NCBI GenBank assembly: GCA_045807245.1
Contig: JBJMHS010000080.1
Span: 1 to 35,585, forward strand
DNA: 35,585 nucleotides
Direction: 5' to 3'
Source: Actinomycetales bacterium
GTDB taxonomy: Bacteria; Actinomycetota; Actinomycetes; Actinomycetales; CAVURS01
Of this stretch, positions 8,305 to 16,800 are shown piece after piece. Position numbers and translations under genes: made by a program. The notes under the pieces were generated by a model that searched no databases, was not told where the DNA came from, and worked only from the letters and a program-made list of their open reading frames with translations. Every line of letters starts with the position of its first letter. The first letter of the stretch is position 1.

Positions 8305-9923
8305 CCCGTGACCTTGCGCACCTGGGCCGGGGTCTTGCTCGGCTTGGCGGTGTTGCCGAACGCCCAGGCGTCGATGCTGCCCTGGGCCGGCTTGTACGTC
8401 GACGCCCCCTGAGTGGAGAACGTCCACGTCGTCGCGCCCTTGTTCGCGTGGTAGTACGCCCAGTACGCGTTCGCGGGCGGCGTCGTGAGACAGGCCTGCT
8501 GCGCCGGAGCCGGCTTGTTGTTGATCCGGCAGACGAAGGCCAACCCGTAGAGCGCGGTCCCGGCCGGGGTGAACCCGGCCTGCTGCAGAGCGGCCACCCC
8601 GGTCGTCGGAGTCCCTGGCGCGCAACGCACCTGGACCTTGCCGCCGAACGCGGTGAAGTCCACCGCGACCGTGACCCCCTTGGTCGTGCCGGGGCAGGCT
8701 CCGGCCGTGCCGGCCAGTGCCAGCTGGGCCGGCTGGGCCGGCTGGGCCGGCTGGGCCAGAGTGCACGGCATGCGCGGTGCGGACGCCGTCGGCGTCGACG
8801 TCGGCACCGGCAGCGTGGCCTTGGCCATGGCCGGCACCGCCTGCACCGTGGCCAGCACGTTGGCGCCCGCGACGCCGGGGAAGAAGAACGCGCCGCGGTC
8901 CCGCGCCGGCGCACTGCACCCGAGCTGGTATGCCGCGAGCGCGTCGTACGGCGTCGCGCCACCGACCCGGAACGCCGTCAGGCCGGTCCCGACGCCGTCC
9001 GCCAGCAGCCCCTGGATGGACAACGCGGTCGAGTTCGGGTCCGACGTCTGCCCGGTCGCCGTGAGGAACGGGAAGCCCCCGTCCGGCGACTGGATCGCGT
9101 GGAAGGTCGCCAGGGTGTGCGCCCGGCGCGGCTGCTCGCCGTACGCCGCGAGGCCCTGGATCGCCAGACCGGTGCTGTTCGTGTCCGGTCCGCTGAACGT
9201 GTTCGGGTCGGCCGGCGGGCAGGGCGTCGCCACGCTGGGGCGGTAGCTCGTCCACATGCCGTTCGCACACTGCTGCCCGGTCAGCCAGGCGAGCTCCGGA
9301 GCGACCCGGGTCTTGGCGACCCCGGCCGACCTCAACGCCGCCAGGGCCGCGCCCTGCCGGAAGGCTCCGTCGAACGTCGGGTCGCTCGTACCGAACAGCC
9401 CGGCGTCGGAGCCGGACGTGCGGGCGGTCGCGAGCAGGCGGCCGACCAGGTTGTTCTTGGCCTGGCTGCCGCCGAAGTGGCGGGGGTCCTCGCCGGCGCT
9501 CACGGCGGCCAGGATGGTGAACCCGAGGCGGCCCGGGTCGTCCCGGCCATCACTGCCCGCCAGGCCCGTGGCGACCTGGGTCTTGAGCCAGGCGATCGCC
9601 TGGCCGGACGCCGTACCCCCGACGCCGGCAGCGTGCAGGCCGAGCACGCTGTATGCGGTGTTGCTCAGGTCGGGTGCGCCGAACGGCGCGATGAAACCAC
9701 CGTTCGCCGTGATCTGACGGGCCAGGTAGCCGGCGCCCCAGCGCGCGACCTGCTGGGTGGTAGCCGCTGCGGCGGCAGAGGACGTGGCGGACGCCGGAGC
9801 AACGCCGGAACGCGTTGCCGCAGAGGCGGGTCCGCCGACGAGACCGGTCAGCAGGAGAGCCGATCCGGCGACGGCTGCGGCGGCAGCCGTAACGGTCTTG
9901 CGGGTGATGAGATGACTCGGCAC
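8301..9923 (-). CDS. Secreted prenyltransferase/squalene-oxidase-repeat protein with C-terminal DUF4430/SCO2322-like beta domain; putative cobalamin-binding protein
   Basis: GTG 9923 follows AAAGGG. It has a signal peptide, QW-like repeats (WLTGQQCANGMW, IQSPDGGF, DTNSTGLAIQGL) and a C-terminal domain paralogous to 11753..12538. It lies downstream of a cobalamin riboswitch. Confidence 0.85.
   Translation of the reverse strand: MPSHLITRKTVTAAAAAVAGSALLLTGLVGGPASAATRSGVAPASATSSAAAAATTQQVARWGAGYLARQITANGGFIAPFGAPDLSNTAYSVLGLHAAGVGGTASGQAIAWLKTQVATGLAGSDGRDDPGRLGFTILAAVSAGEDPRHFGGSQAKNNLVGRLLATARTSGSDAGLFGTSDPTFDGAFRQGAALAALRSAGVAKTRVAPELAWLTGQQCANGMWTSYRPSVATPCPPADPNTFSGPDTNSTGLAIQGLAAYGEQPRRAHTLATFHAIQSPDGGFPFLTATGQTSDPNSTALSIQGLLADGVGTGLTAFRVGGATPYDALAAYQLGCSAPARDRGAFFFPGVAGANVLATVQAVPAMAKATLPVPTSTPTASAPRMPCTLAQPAQPAQPAQLALAGTAGACPGTTKGVTVAVDFTAFGGKVQVRCAPGTPTTGVAALQQAGFTPAGTALYGLAFVCRINNKPAPAQQACLTTPPANAYWAYYHANKGATTWTFSTQGASTYKPAQGSIDAWAFGNTAKPSKTPAQVRKVTG
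8724..8757. repeat. In-frame 9-bp tandem repeat (CTGGGCCGG, about 3.8 copies) encoding an AQPAQPAQPAQ linker
   Basis: ctgggccgg ctgggccgg ctgggccgg ctgggcc is directly visible. Confidence 0.9.
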
Positions 9924-10009
9924 GCGATCCCTTTCGATGGGGACCCGCGAAGCGCCAAGACTGGGCGGGGCCCTCCGGCCCGAGACTTCTCCGGCCGGTC
10001 GGCTCGCCC

Positions 10010-10167
10010 AGGCTCCGACTCGCAGTCCACGACGGTCTTGTTGGAGCCCGCCCCTCGCGAGCGTTCCGGCTCGCCCGCGTGATGTCACCACGGGGTGATG
10101 TCACCACGGGCCTACGGTTGCGGGTCAGCGCCGGGATTCGACCGGCTTTCCCCACGCGAGGCGTGCG
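10010..10167 (-). ncRNA. Cobalamin riboswitch (leftward)
   Basis: Minus strand reads GGGGAAAGCCGGTCGAATCCCGGCGCTGACCCGCAACCGT...GAGCCGGAAC (B12-box-like). The closing helix is CGCCTCGCG/CGCGAGGGGCG. Boundaries are approximate. Confidence 0.85.
10079..10110. repeat. Perfect 16-bp tandem duplication GTGATGTCACCACGGG inside the leftward riboswitch
   Basis: 10079-10094 is identical to 10095-10110. Confidence 0.92.
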
Positions 10168-10173
10168 AAGCGG

Positions 10174-10238
10174 ACGCTAACACAGCCGCTTTCGGCCGCG
10201 CAGCAACCGGGCGGCCGGCCGCCGGGCAGTGTTAGGGT
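10174..10238. promoter_or_regulatory. Divergent extended -10 promoters for the two riboswitch transcripts
   Basis: Minus-strand GTGT-TAGCGT (hexamer 10174-10179) and plus-strand GTGT-TAGGGT (hexamer 10233-10238), each just upstream of its riboswitch. Confidence 0.65.
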
Positions 10239-10244
10239 CGGCCT

Positions 10245-10380
10245 GCCGCGTCGCAGGGCAAGCCGGACCGCCGGCGCTGACCCGCAACCGTGTGCCGTGC
10301 CCTGTCGCCAAGGGCCCGGCCAGCCGGAAAACCTGCCGCAGCGTTCTCCCTCAACCGTCGTGGTCTACGGGTCGGAGCCG
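10245..10380 (+). ncRNA. Cobalamin riboswitch (rightward)
   Basis: GCAGGGCAAGCCGGACCGCCGGCGCTGACCCGCAACCGT...CAGCCGGAAAACCTGC, upstream of an ECF operon. Boundaries are approximate. Confidence 0.82.
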
Positions 10381-10421
10381 GTCTCACCGCCGCCGTCCTG
10401 TTACAGCTCAGGAGGCGTGCA

Positions 10422-11756
10422 GTGCTGCTGTCCCGGTGGAGACGACCCTCCGCTGTCGTCCCGGTCCTCGTCGTCGCCGCGGTACTGACGGCCCTGCCTT
10501 CGACCTCGGCGCAGGCGGCCGCACCCGCGCCGGCCGCCGCCTGGCTGGAGGCGCAGCTGTCGGCCAACAGCGGCCTGCTGCCCGGCCCGTTCGGCGGCTC
10601 CGACGTCGGGCTGACCGAGGACGCCGTGCTGGCCCTGACCGCCACCGGCAACGGCGAGGACGCACCCACCCGGGCCGCGACCGCCAAGATCGCCGCCAGC
10701 CTCGACCAGTTCGTGACCGTCGGCGTCCCGGGCATCGTGCTCGCCGGCTCCGTGGCGAAGTCCGCGCTGGTCGCTGACGTGCAGGGCGCGGACGTGACGG
10801 CCTTCGGCGGCCGTGACCTCGAGCACGACCTGCGCACGAACATGACGGCGAGCGGTGGCCAGGCCGGCCGGTTCGCCGACCAGGGCAACACGCCGGACTC
10901 GAGCAACGGGTTCAGCCAGGCGTTCGGGCTGCTGGCCCTGGCCCGCACCAACGGGGGCGTCCCGGCCGACGCGGTGACCTTCCTGCTCGCGCAGCAGTGC
11001 CCGTCCGGCGGCTTCCGCCTCTTCTACGACTCCGGTGACGCGTGTACCGACAGCACGCAGGCCGACACCGACGCGACCGGGCTGGCCGTGCAGGCACTCG
11101 GCGCCGCGCCCTCCTCAGCCGCAGTCACCACGGCGAAGGGCCAAGCCGTCGCCTGGCTGGTGTCGCACCAGGACCCCATGACCGGATCCCTGTCCAGCAG
11201 CGGCCCGGCCGCGCAGCCGAACGCCAACAGCACCGGACTAGGCGTCGCCGCGCTTCGCCTCGGCGGTGAGACCGCCGCGGCGGACCAGGGAGCGGCGTAC
11301 GTCGCGAAGCTCCAGCTCGCCTGTGGCCAGGACACCGGCGCCGTCGCGTTCGACCCGGCGGCGCGCGCCGCCGCGGCCGGCCAGGGGACCATCGCGTCCT
11401 CTGACCTGGACCAGTGGCGCCGGGCGACCACCCAGGCGGTGCTGGCGCTCGGCGTTCACGGGTACGGCGACATGGCCGCCGTACCCTCCGGCACCACCCT
11501 CACGCCCACGCCGCCAGCCGTAACGCCGTGCAGCGGCGCGACGTCCCCGTCCAGCTCGCACAGCTCGCACCCGTCGCACGCCTCGCACAGCGGCTCGGAC
11601 GCCCCCACCGTCCTCGGCGCCCGGGCCTCGGCCGACCCCGCGCTCGCGGCGACCGGCGGCTTCAACCTCCGGCTCGCCCTGCTGGGTCTGGCCGCGCTGC
11701 TGGCCGGTGTCCTGTTCACCGCGCTGGCTACGGACCGGAGGGCGCGGCACCGGTGA
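10422..11756 (+). CDS. Surface-anchored prenyltransferase/squalene-oxidase-repeat protein (LAXTG sorting signal)
   Basis: GGAGG SD precedes GTG 10422. It has a signal peptide, FLLAQQCPSGGF, DTDATGLAVQAL and NANSTGLG, and ends with LAATG + hydrophobic stretch + RRARHR. Confidence 0.85.
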   Translation: MLLSRWRRPSAVVPVLVVAAVLTALPSTSAQAAAPAPAAAWLEAQLSANSGLLPGPFGGSDVGLTEDAVLALTATGNGEDAPTRAATAKIAASLDQFVTVGVPGIVLAGSVAKSALVADVQGADVTAFGGRDLEHDLRTNMTASGGQAGRFADQGNTPDSSNGFSQAFGLLALARTNGGVPADAVTFLLAQQCPSGGFRLFYDSGDACTDSTQADTDATGLAVQALGAAPSSAAVTTAKGQAVAWLVSHQDPMTGSLSSSGPAAQPNANSTGLGVAALRLGGETAAADQGAAYVAKLQLACGQDTGAVAFDPAARAAAAGQGTIASSDLDQWRRATTQAVLALGVHGYGDMAAVPSGTTLTPTPPAVTPCSGATSPSSSHSSHPSHASHSGSDAPTVLGARASADPALAATGGFNLRLALLGLAALLAGVLFTALATDRRARHR

Positions 11757-12538
11757 GACGCCTCCTGCTGGTGCTGGCCCTGGCCGCCGGAGCGCTCGCC
11801 GTTCCGACTGCCAACGCGTCGGCCGGCGTGGTCGACGGCGCGTGCCCGACCAGCAAGGGCGTCACGGTGGTGGTGAACTTCGGCTCGCTCGGTGGCGGCA
11901 CGCAGGTCAGCTGCTACACCGGCGCGACGTCCTCGACCACCGGCCTGACCGCCCTGCACGGCGCCGGGTTCACCACGGCCGGCACCATCCATGACGGCCC
12001 TGGCTTCGTCTGCCGGATCAACGACGAGCCGGGCGACCCACCCGAGGCCTGCAACCTGACCCCGCCGGCCTCCGCCTACTGGTCGTACTGGCAGGCGAGC
12101 AACGGCGGCTCGTGGGTGTACAGCAGCCAGGGCGCCGCGACCAAGCACGTGCAGGTCGGCGGTTTCGAGGGGTGGTCGTTCGGCAACGGCAGCGCCAAGC
12201 CGACCAGCAGCAACCCGAGCCGCCCGGTCGAGCCGACGTTCAAGCTCGGGCCGGCGGCGTCCACGACGTCGCACAAGTCGTCATCCTCGTCCACGTCTCC
12301 GACGTCGAAACCGACTGCCACCAAACGGAGTCCGACGTCCGCGGCGACCTCGACCAGCAGCGACACGGCGACTGCACTCGCCGCCGGTCCGTCGGGCACG
12401 GCAGGTGCTCAGCTCCCGGACGAAGGCCAGGGACCAGGGCGGTCACCGTGGCCGTTCGTGCTCGGCGTGGTCGCCGTGGCGGCCCTGCTGAGCGGTGCCT
12501 ACCTCGTCGTCCTGCGCCGGCGGGGCAGCGGGTTCTGA
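11753..12538 (+). CDS. Membrane-anchored DUF4430/SCO2322-like protein
   Basis: GTGA overlap with the previous gene. Signal peptide, GVTVVVNFG...GFVCRINDEP...AYWSYWQA...WVYSSQGA...EGWSFG, an S/T-rich stalk and a C-terminal TM + RRR. Confidence 0.85.
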   Translation: MRRLLLVLALAAGALAVPTANASAGVVDGACPTSKGVTVVVNFGSLGGGTQVSCYTGATSSTTGLTALHGAGFTTAGTIHDGPGFVCRINDEPGDPPEACNLTPPASAYWSYWQASNGGSWVYSSQGAATKHVQVGGFEGWSFGNGSAKPTSSNPSRPVEPTFKLGPAASTTSHKSSSSSTSPTSKPTATKRSPTSAATSTSSDTATALAAGPSGTAGAQLPDEGQGPGRSPWPFVLGVVAVAALLSGAYLVVLRRRGSGF

Positions 12539-12539
12539 C

Positions 12540-13712
12540 ATGTCCCGCCAGCTGCCGCGCTCGCTGCACCCCGGCGCCTGGTGGCTATGGGCGCTCGGCC
12601 TGGCGACGGCGGCGAGCCGGACGACCAACCCGTTGTTGCTCGCCCTCATCGTCGCCGTGGCGTGTCTCGTCGTCGCCGCGCGGCGTCCAGATGCAGTGTG
12701 GGCGTTGGGTTTTCGCTTCTACCTGTATCTCGGTGCGGTCATCGTCGTCATGCGGGTCGCGTTCCGGATCCTGTTCGGCGGCGGCCTGGGCCCGCACATC
12801 CTGCTGCATCTGCCGCAGGTGCCGCTGCCGCACTGGGCGGCCGGAGTCACCGTGCTGGGACCGGTGAGCGCGGAGTCCGTCCTCAGCGGCCTGTACGACG
12901 GGCTCCGGCTGGCCACGATGCTCGTCTGCCTCGGTGCCGCCAACAGCCTGGCCAACCCCAAGCGCCTGCTGAAGTCCATCCCCAGCGCGCTCTACGAGCT
13001 GGGCACCGCGGTCGTCGTCGCGCTGTCGGTCGCTCCGCAGCTCATCGAGAGCGTGCTGCGAGTCCGACGGGCCCGGCGGCTGCGCGCCGGACCGCAGAAG
13101 GGGACCAGTGCTCTGCACGGCATCGTCATCCCCGTCCTGGAGGACGCGCTCGACCGGTCTCGTGGCCTGGCCGCGGCCATGGACTCGCGGGGCTACGGCA
13201 GCACCCACGGCCAGCCGCGGCGCACCCGCCGGGTGACCGGCGGCCTGGTCCTGGGCGGGGTGCTCGGGATCTGCGTCGGCGTCTACGGCCTGCTCGACGC
13301 CAGCACGCCGCGTCTGCTGGGAGCGCCGATGCTCGGGCTCGGCCTGGTCGCTTCGGCGGCCGGCCTGCGGGTCAGCGGTCAGCGCACCCGTCGTACCCGT
13401 TATCGCCCCGACCCGTGGCGGGCGGCCGAGTGGCTCGTCGCCGGGAGTGGCGTCGCGTCGGCCATCGTGGGCTTCCTGGCTGGTTCGGTGGACGCGGTCA
13501 ACCTGGTGCCCTCCCTGTTCCCGCTGCGCTGGCCGCAGCTACCCCTCGTGTCCAGCCTCGGCGTGCTCGGTGCTCTGCTGCCCGCGCTCGTCGCGCCGCG
13601 GCCGCCGGCCGACGTCCCGCCAGAGCCGCTGGCGCTGGACCTCACGGCAGAGCTCACGGCGGACCAGCCGGTGGGCCTGACGGCGGCATCGGGTACGGGA
13701 GCGGCCCGATGA
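12540..13712 (+). CDS. ECF transporter transmembrane T component (CbiQ/EcfT family)
   Basis: LHPGAWWLWALG, multiple TM segments and ALDRSRGLAAAMDSRGYG. Confidence 0.92.
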   Translation: MSRQLPRSLHPGAWWLWALGLATAASRTTNPLLLALIVAVACLVVAARRPDAVWALGFRFYLYLGAVIVVMRVAFRILFGGGLGPHILLHLPQVPLPHWAAGVTVLGPVSAESVLSGLYDGLRLATMLVCLGAANSLANPKRLLKSIPSALYELGTAVVVALSVAPQLIESVLRVRRARRLRAGPQKGTSALHGIVIPVLEDALDRSRGLAAAMDSRGYGSTHGQPRRTRRVTGGLVLGGVLGICVGVYGLLDASTPRLLGAPMLGLGLVASAAGLRVSGQRTRRTRYRPDPWRAAEWLVAGSGVASAIVGFLAGSVDAVNLVPSLFPLRWPQLPLVSSLGVLGALLPALVAPRPPADVPPEPLALDLTAELTADQPVGLTAASGTGAAR

Positions 13713-15328
13713 TCCGGTTCGACGACGTGACCATCACCTACGCCGGGTCCGACCGCCCGGCCCTCGCCGGCGTCGACCTGACCGTGCCCGAGGGCGAGCT
13801 CTGCCTGGTCGCGGGCCGCACCGGCTCGGGCAAGACGACGCTGCTCGGCGCCGTCAACGGCCTGGTGCCCCACTTCACCGGTGGCCGGCTCGCCGGCCGG
13901 GTCACCGTCGACGGCCGCGACACCGCTCGGCACCCGCCGCGGGACCTGGCCGCGGTCGTGGGCCTGGTCGGACAGGACCCGCTCGCGGGTTTCGTCACCG
14001 ACACGGTCGAGGAGGAGCTGGCCTACGGCATGGAGCAACAGGCGGTGCCGCCGGACGTCATGCGCCGCCGGGTCGAGGAGACCCTGGACCTCCTCGGGAT
14101 CGCCGACCTGCGCTCGCGGGCCCTGCGCTCGCTGTCAGGCGGCCAGCAGCAGCGCGTCGCCATCGGCGCCGTCCTGACGTCGCAGCCGCGCATCCTCGTG
14201 CTGGATGAGCCCACGTCGGCGCTGGACCCGGCTGCGGCCGAGGAGGTGCTCGCCGCGATCACGCGCCTGGTCCACGACCTCGGCACCACCGTCCTGATGG
14301 CCGAGCACCGGATGGAGCGGGTAGTGCAGTACGCCGACCGCGTGGTCCTGGTCGATGGCGGCGCCGTGAGCTCGGGGCCGCCGGTCGAGGTCATGGCCCT
14401 CAGCCCGGTGGCGCCGCCCGTCGTCGAGCTGGGCCGGCTGGCCGGGTGGACGCCGCTGCCCCTCTCGGTCCGCGACGCGCGCCGGCAGGCCTCCGCCCTG
14501 CGCGACGAGCTGGCCCGGCTGGTCCCCCCGCGGCCCGACCGCCGCGCGGCACCGGACGAGGTGCTCGCCGCTCGCGGTCTCAGCGTCCGGTACGGCGACA
14601 CCGTGGCCCTGCGCGAGGTCGACCTGACGCTGCGGGCCGGGGAGGTCGTGGCCCTGATGGGCCGCAACGGGTCGGGCAAGTCCTCGCTGCTGTGGGCGCT
14701 GCAGGGCTCGGGCCGGCGCCAGGCCGGCTCGGTGACGGTCGGCGGCAGCGAGACCCGCGGACTGGCGCCCCGGGCCGCGCGGCACGTGGTCGGCCTGGTG
14801 CCGCAGACCGCGAGCGACCTGCTCTACCTGGAGACCGTGGCTCAGGAGTGCCGCCAGGCCGACCAGGAGGCGGCCGTGCCCGAGGGGTCGTGCTGGTCGC
14901 TGCTGCAGCGGCTGGCGCCGGACGTCGTGCCCGGCCGCCACCCGCGCGACCTGTCCGAAGGGCAGCGGCTGGCCCTCGTGCTCGCGGTCCAGCTGCTGGC
15001 CGCGCCTCCGGTCGTGCTGCTGGACGAGCCCACCCGCGGGCTGGACTACGGGGCCAAGGCCGCACTCGGCGAGGTGCTCGACCTGCTGTGCGCAGAGGGC
15101 AAGGCCGTCGTGGTGGCCACCCATGACGTGGAGTTCGCGGCCCGGTCGGCCGACCGCGTCGTGGTCCTGGCCGAGGGCGAGGTCGTCACCGACGGGCCGG
15201 CCACGGAGGTGCTCGCCGCCTCACCGGCGTTCGCGCCGCAGGTCGCGAAGGTGGTCGCGCCCCACCCCTGGCTGACCGTCGAGCAGGTGCTGGCCGCCGT
15301 ACCGGATCTCATGGCGGTCGCGAGATGA
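13709..15328 (+). CDS. ECF transporter tandem ATPase (A-A fusion)
   Basis: Two Walker A motifs (GRTGSGKT, GRNGSGKS), signatures LSGGQQQR and LSEGQR, two LDEPT motifs, and an ATGA overlap. Confidence 0.95.
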   Translation: MIRFDDVTITYAGSDRPALAGVDLTVPEGELCLVAGRTGSGKTTLLGAVNGLVPHFTGGRLAGRVTVDGRDTARHPPRDLAAVVGLVGQDPLAGFVTDTVEEELAYGMEQQAVPPDVMRRRVEETLDLLGIADLRSRALRSLSGGQQQRVAIGAVLTSQPRILVLDEPTSALDPAAAEEVLAAITRLVHDLGTTVLMAEHRMERVVQYADRVVLVDGGAVSSGPPVEVMALSPVAPPVVELGRLAGWTPLPLSVRDARRQASALRDELARLVPPRPDRRAAPDEVLAARGLSVRYGDTVALREVDLTLRAGEVVALMGRNGSGKSSLLWALQGSGRRQAGSVTVGGSETRGLAPRAARHVVGLVPQTASDLLYLETVAQECRQADQEAAVPEGSCWSLLQRLAPDVVPGRHPRDLSEGQRLALVLAVQLLAAPPVVLLDEPTRGLDYGAKAALGEVLDLLCAEGKAVVVATHDVEFAARSADRVVVLAEGEVVTDGPATEVLAASPAFAPQVAKVVAPHPWLTVEQVLAAVPDLMAVAR

Positions 15329-16176
15329 ACGCGGGGAGCGCGGTGAACGTGGTCAAGGTCAGCCCCCGCACCGTCGCGGTTCTGGTCGCTGCCAGCCTGG
15401 CCGGGCTGGCCATGTTCACCTGGCCGTTGTTCGTGTCGATGACCCCCACCGCCGTCGCGCACACGTCGGATGCGCCGTTCTACTTCGTCGCCACCATGCC
15501 GCTGCTCGTGCTGCTCGTCGCGGCCCAGCTGGCTGACGGTGGGATGGACGCGAAAACCATTGCCATGCTTGGCATCCTGGCCGCGATCAACAGCGCACTG
15601 CGGCCGCTGGGAGCCGGCACCGCAGGCATCGAGACCGTGTTCTTCCTGCTCGTGCTGGCCGGGCGGGTCTTCGGTCCCGGCTTCGGCTACCTCCTGGGGT
15701 CGGTGTCGCTGTTCGCGTCGGCGCTGCTGACCGGGGGAGTGGGCCCGTGGCTGCCGTTCCAGATGTTGGCGGCGTCCTGGGTCGGGCTCGGAGCCGGGTT
15801 GCTCCCGAGATCGGTCACCGGGCGCGCCGAGGTCGCCATGCTCGCGGCGTACGGCGTCCTGGCGGCGTACTTCTACGGCACCCTGATGAACCTCTGGTTC
15901 TGGCCGTTCGCCACAGGGGACGGCACCGGCATCGGCTACGTCCCCGGGGCGCCGCTCGGTTCGAACCTGCACCGGTTCGCACTGTTCGACGCCGCTACCT
16001 CGCTGGGTTGGGACACCGGCCGCGCGGTCACGAACGCCGTCGCGATCGCCGTCCTTGGCTCCGCCGTCCTGGCGACGTTGCGCCGGGCGGCTCGCAAGGC
16101 GGCCTTCGAGGCACCGGTCACCTTCCAGCCGGCACCACCGGCGGCCCTCACTGGTACGACGACGCGGGTCCCGTGA
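15325..16176 (+). CDS. ECF transporter S component (cobalamin/corrinoid-associated)
   Basis: DAKTIAMLGILAA..LRPLGAGTAGIE, GRVFGPGFG, GGVGPWLPFQM and SLGWDTGRA. It is the last gene of the riboswitch-led operon. Confidence 0.9.
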   Translation: MNAGSAVNVVKVSPRTVAVLVAASLAGLAMFTWPLFVSMTPTAVAHTSDAPFYFVATMPLLVLLVAAQLADGGMDAKTIAMLGILAAINSALRPLGAGTAGIETVFFLLVLAGRVFGPGFGYLLGSVSLFASALLTGGVGPWLPFQMLAASWVGLGAGLLPRSVTGRAEVAMLAAYGVLAAYFYGTLMNLWFWPFATGDGTGIGYVPGAPLGSNLHRFALFDAATSLGWDTGRAVTNAVAIAVLGSAVLATLRRAARKAAFEAPVTFQPAPPAALTGTTTRVP

Positions 16177-16636
16177 GGTCGTCCCGACCGTGCATCGAGC
16201 CGGCCGGCGTGAGGTAGCCGACCAGGTCGGTCATCTCGTTGCGCCAGCCGTCCACGTGCTCCTCGTACAGGTCGTCGAGGTTCGGCGCGACACCGGAGCG
16301 CGACACGAGCTCCAGCCCACTCTCCACGACCCGGACGGCAACCCCTCCCTCGACCCGTCGCAGCGAGAACTCCACCTGGGTGAAGACCGCTGGGTCGACG
16401 ACCGAGCCGAACACGTCCCAGCTGAACGCGTAGCGCGTCATCGGCTCAACGGCCGTGATGACCCCCTTGCTGACCTCACCGGCCGGCCATCCGAAGGCGA
16501 CCGCGCCGCCGACCCGCAGGTCGACCTCCGCCCGGTCCCCGAACCACTGTGCCACCCGGTCCGGCTCGGTCAGAGCCGCCCACACCTCGGCCACGTCAGC
16601 CGTGACCACTTCCTCCCGAGAAACCACGTCGAGCAT
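16148..16636 (-). CDS. SRPBCC (AHA1/CalC-like) domain protein
   Basis: EVWAALTEPDRVAQWFG..EVDLRVGG...ITAVEP..YAFSW...GW. GGAG SD precedes ATG 16636. Confidence 0.85.
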   Translation of the reverse strand: MLDVVSREEVVTADVAEVWAALTEPDRVAQWFGDRAEVDLRVGGAVAFGWPAGEVSKGVITAVEPMTRYAFSWDVFGSVVDPAVFTQVEFSLRRVEGGVAVRVVESGLELVSRSGVAPNLDDLYEEHVDGWRNEMTDLVGYLTPAGSMHGRDDLTGPASSYQ

Positions 16637-16800
16637 GCCGAATCTCCCTGGTCCGACAGTCCCCCGAGCGCGGAGATATCCGTGCGCGGCACTCTGGCGC
16701 CCCCCAGGCCCCCCTCTGCCATTACCCGCACTGTAGACCTCGGCAGCCGGAATGCTCCCGCTGGTCGGTACGGCGCGCTGGCACCCGTCCGCGGCAGCGG

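Noticed and set aside
10079..10110. CRISPR-like repeat
   Set aside because: Only two abutting 16-bp copies, with no spacers and no cas genes.
10114..10291. 21-bp inverted repeat as MITE ends or an invertible promoter switch
   Set aside because: The repeat is the conserved riboswitch core on each strand. No recombinase, transposase or target duplication is visible.
8301..11756. Terpene cyclase/prenyltransferase biosynthetic cluster
   Set aside because: Both proteins have signal peptides, lack the DXDD catalytic motif (DTNST and DTDAT instead) and sit under B12 riboswitches with an ECF transporter.
16640..16800. Possible structured RNA between the SRPBCC gene and hisN
   Set aside because: Only a TACAGT -10-like hexamer and generic GC-rich pairing. 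No recognisable RNA family.
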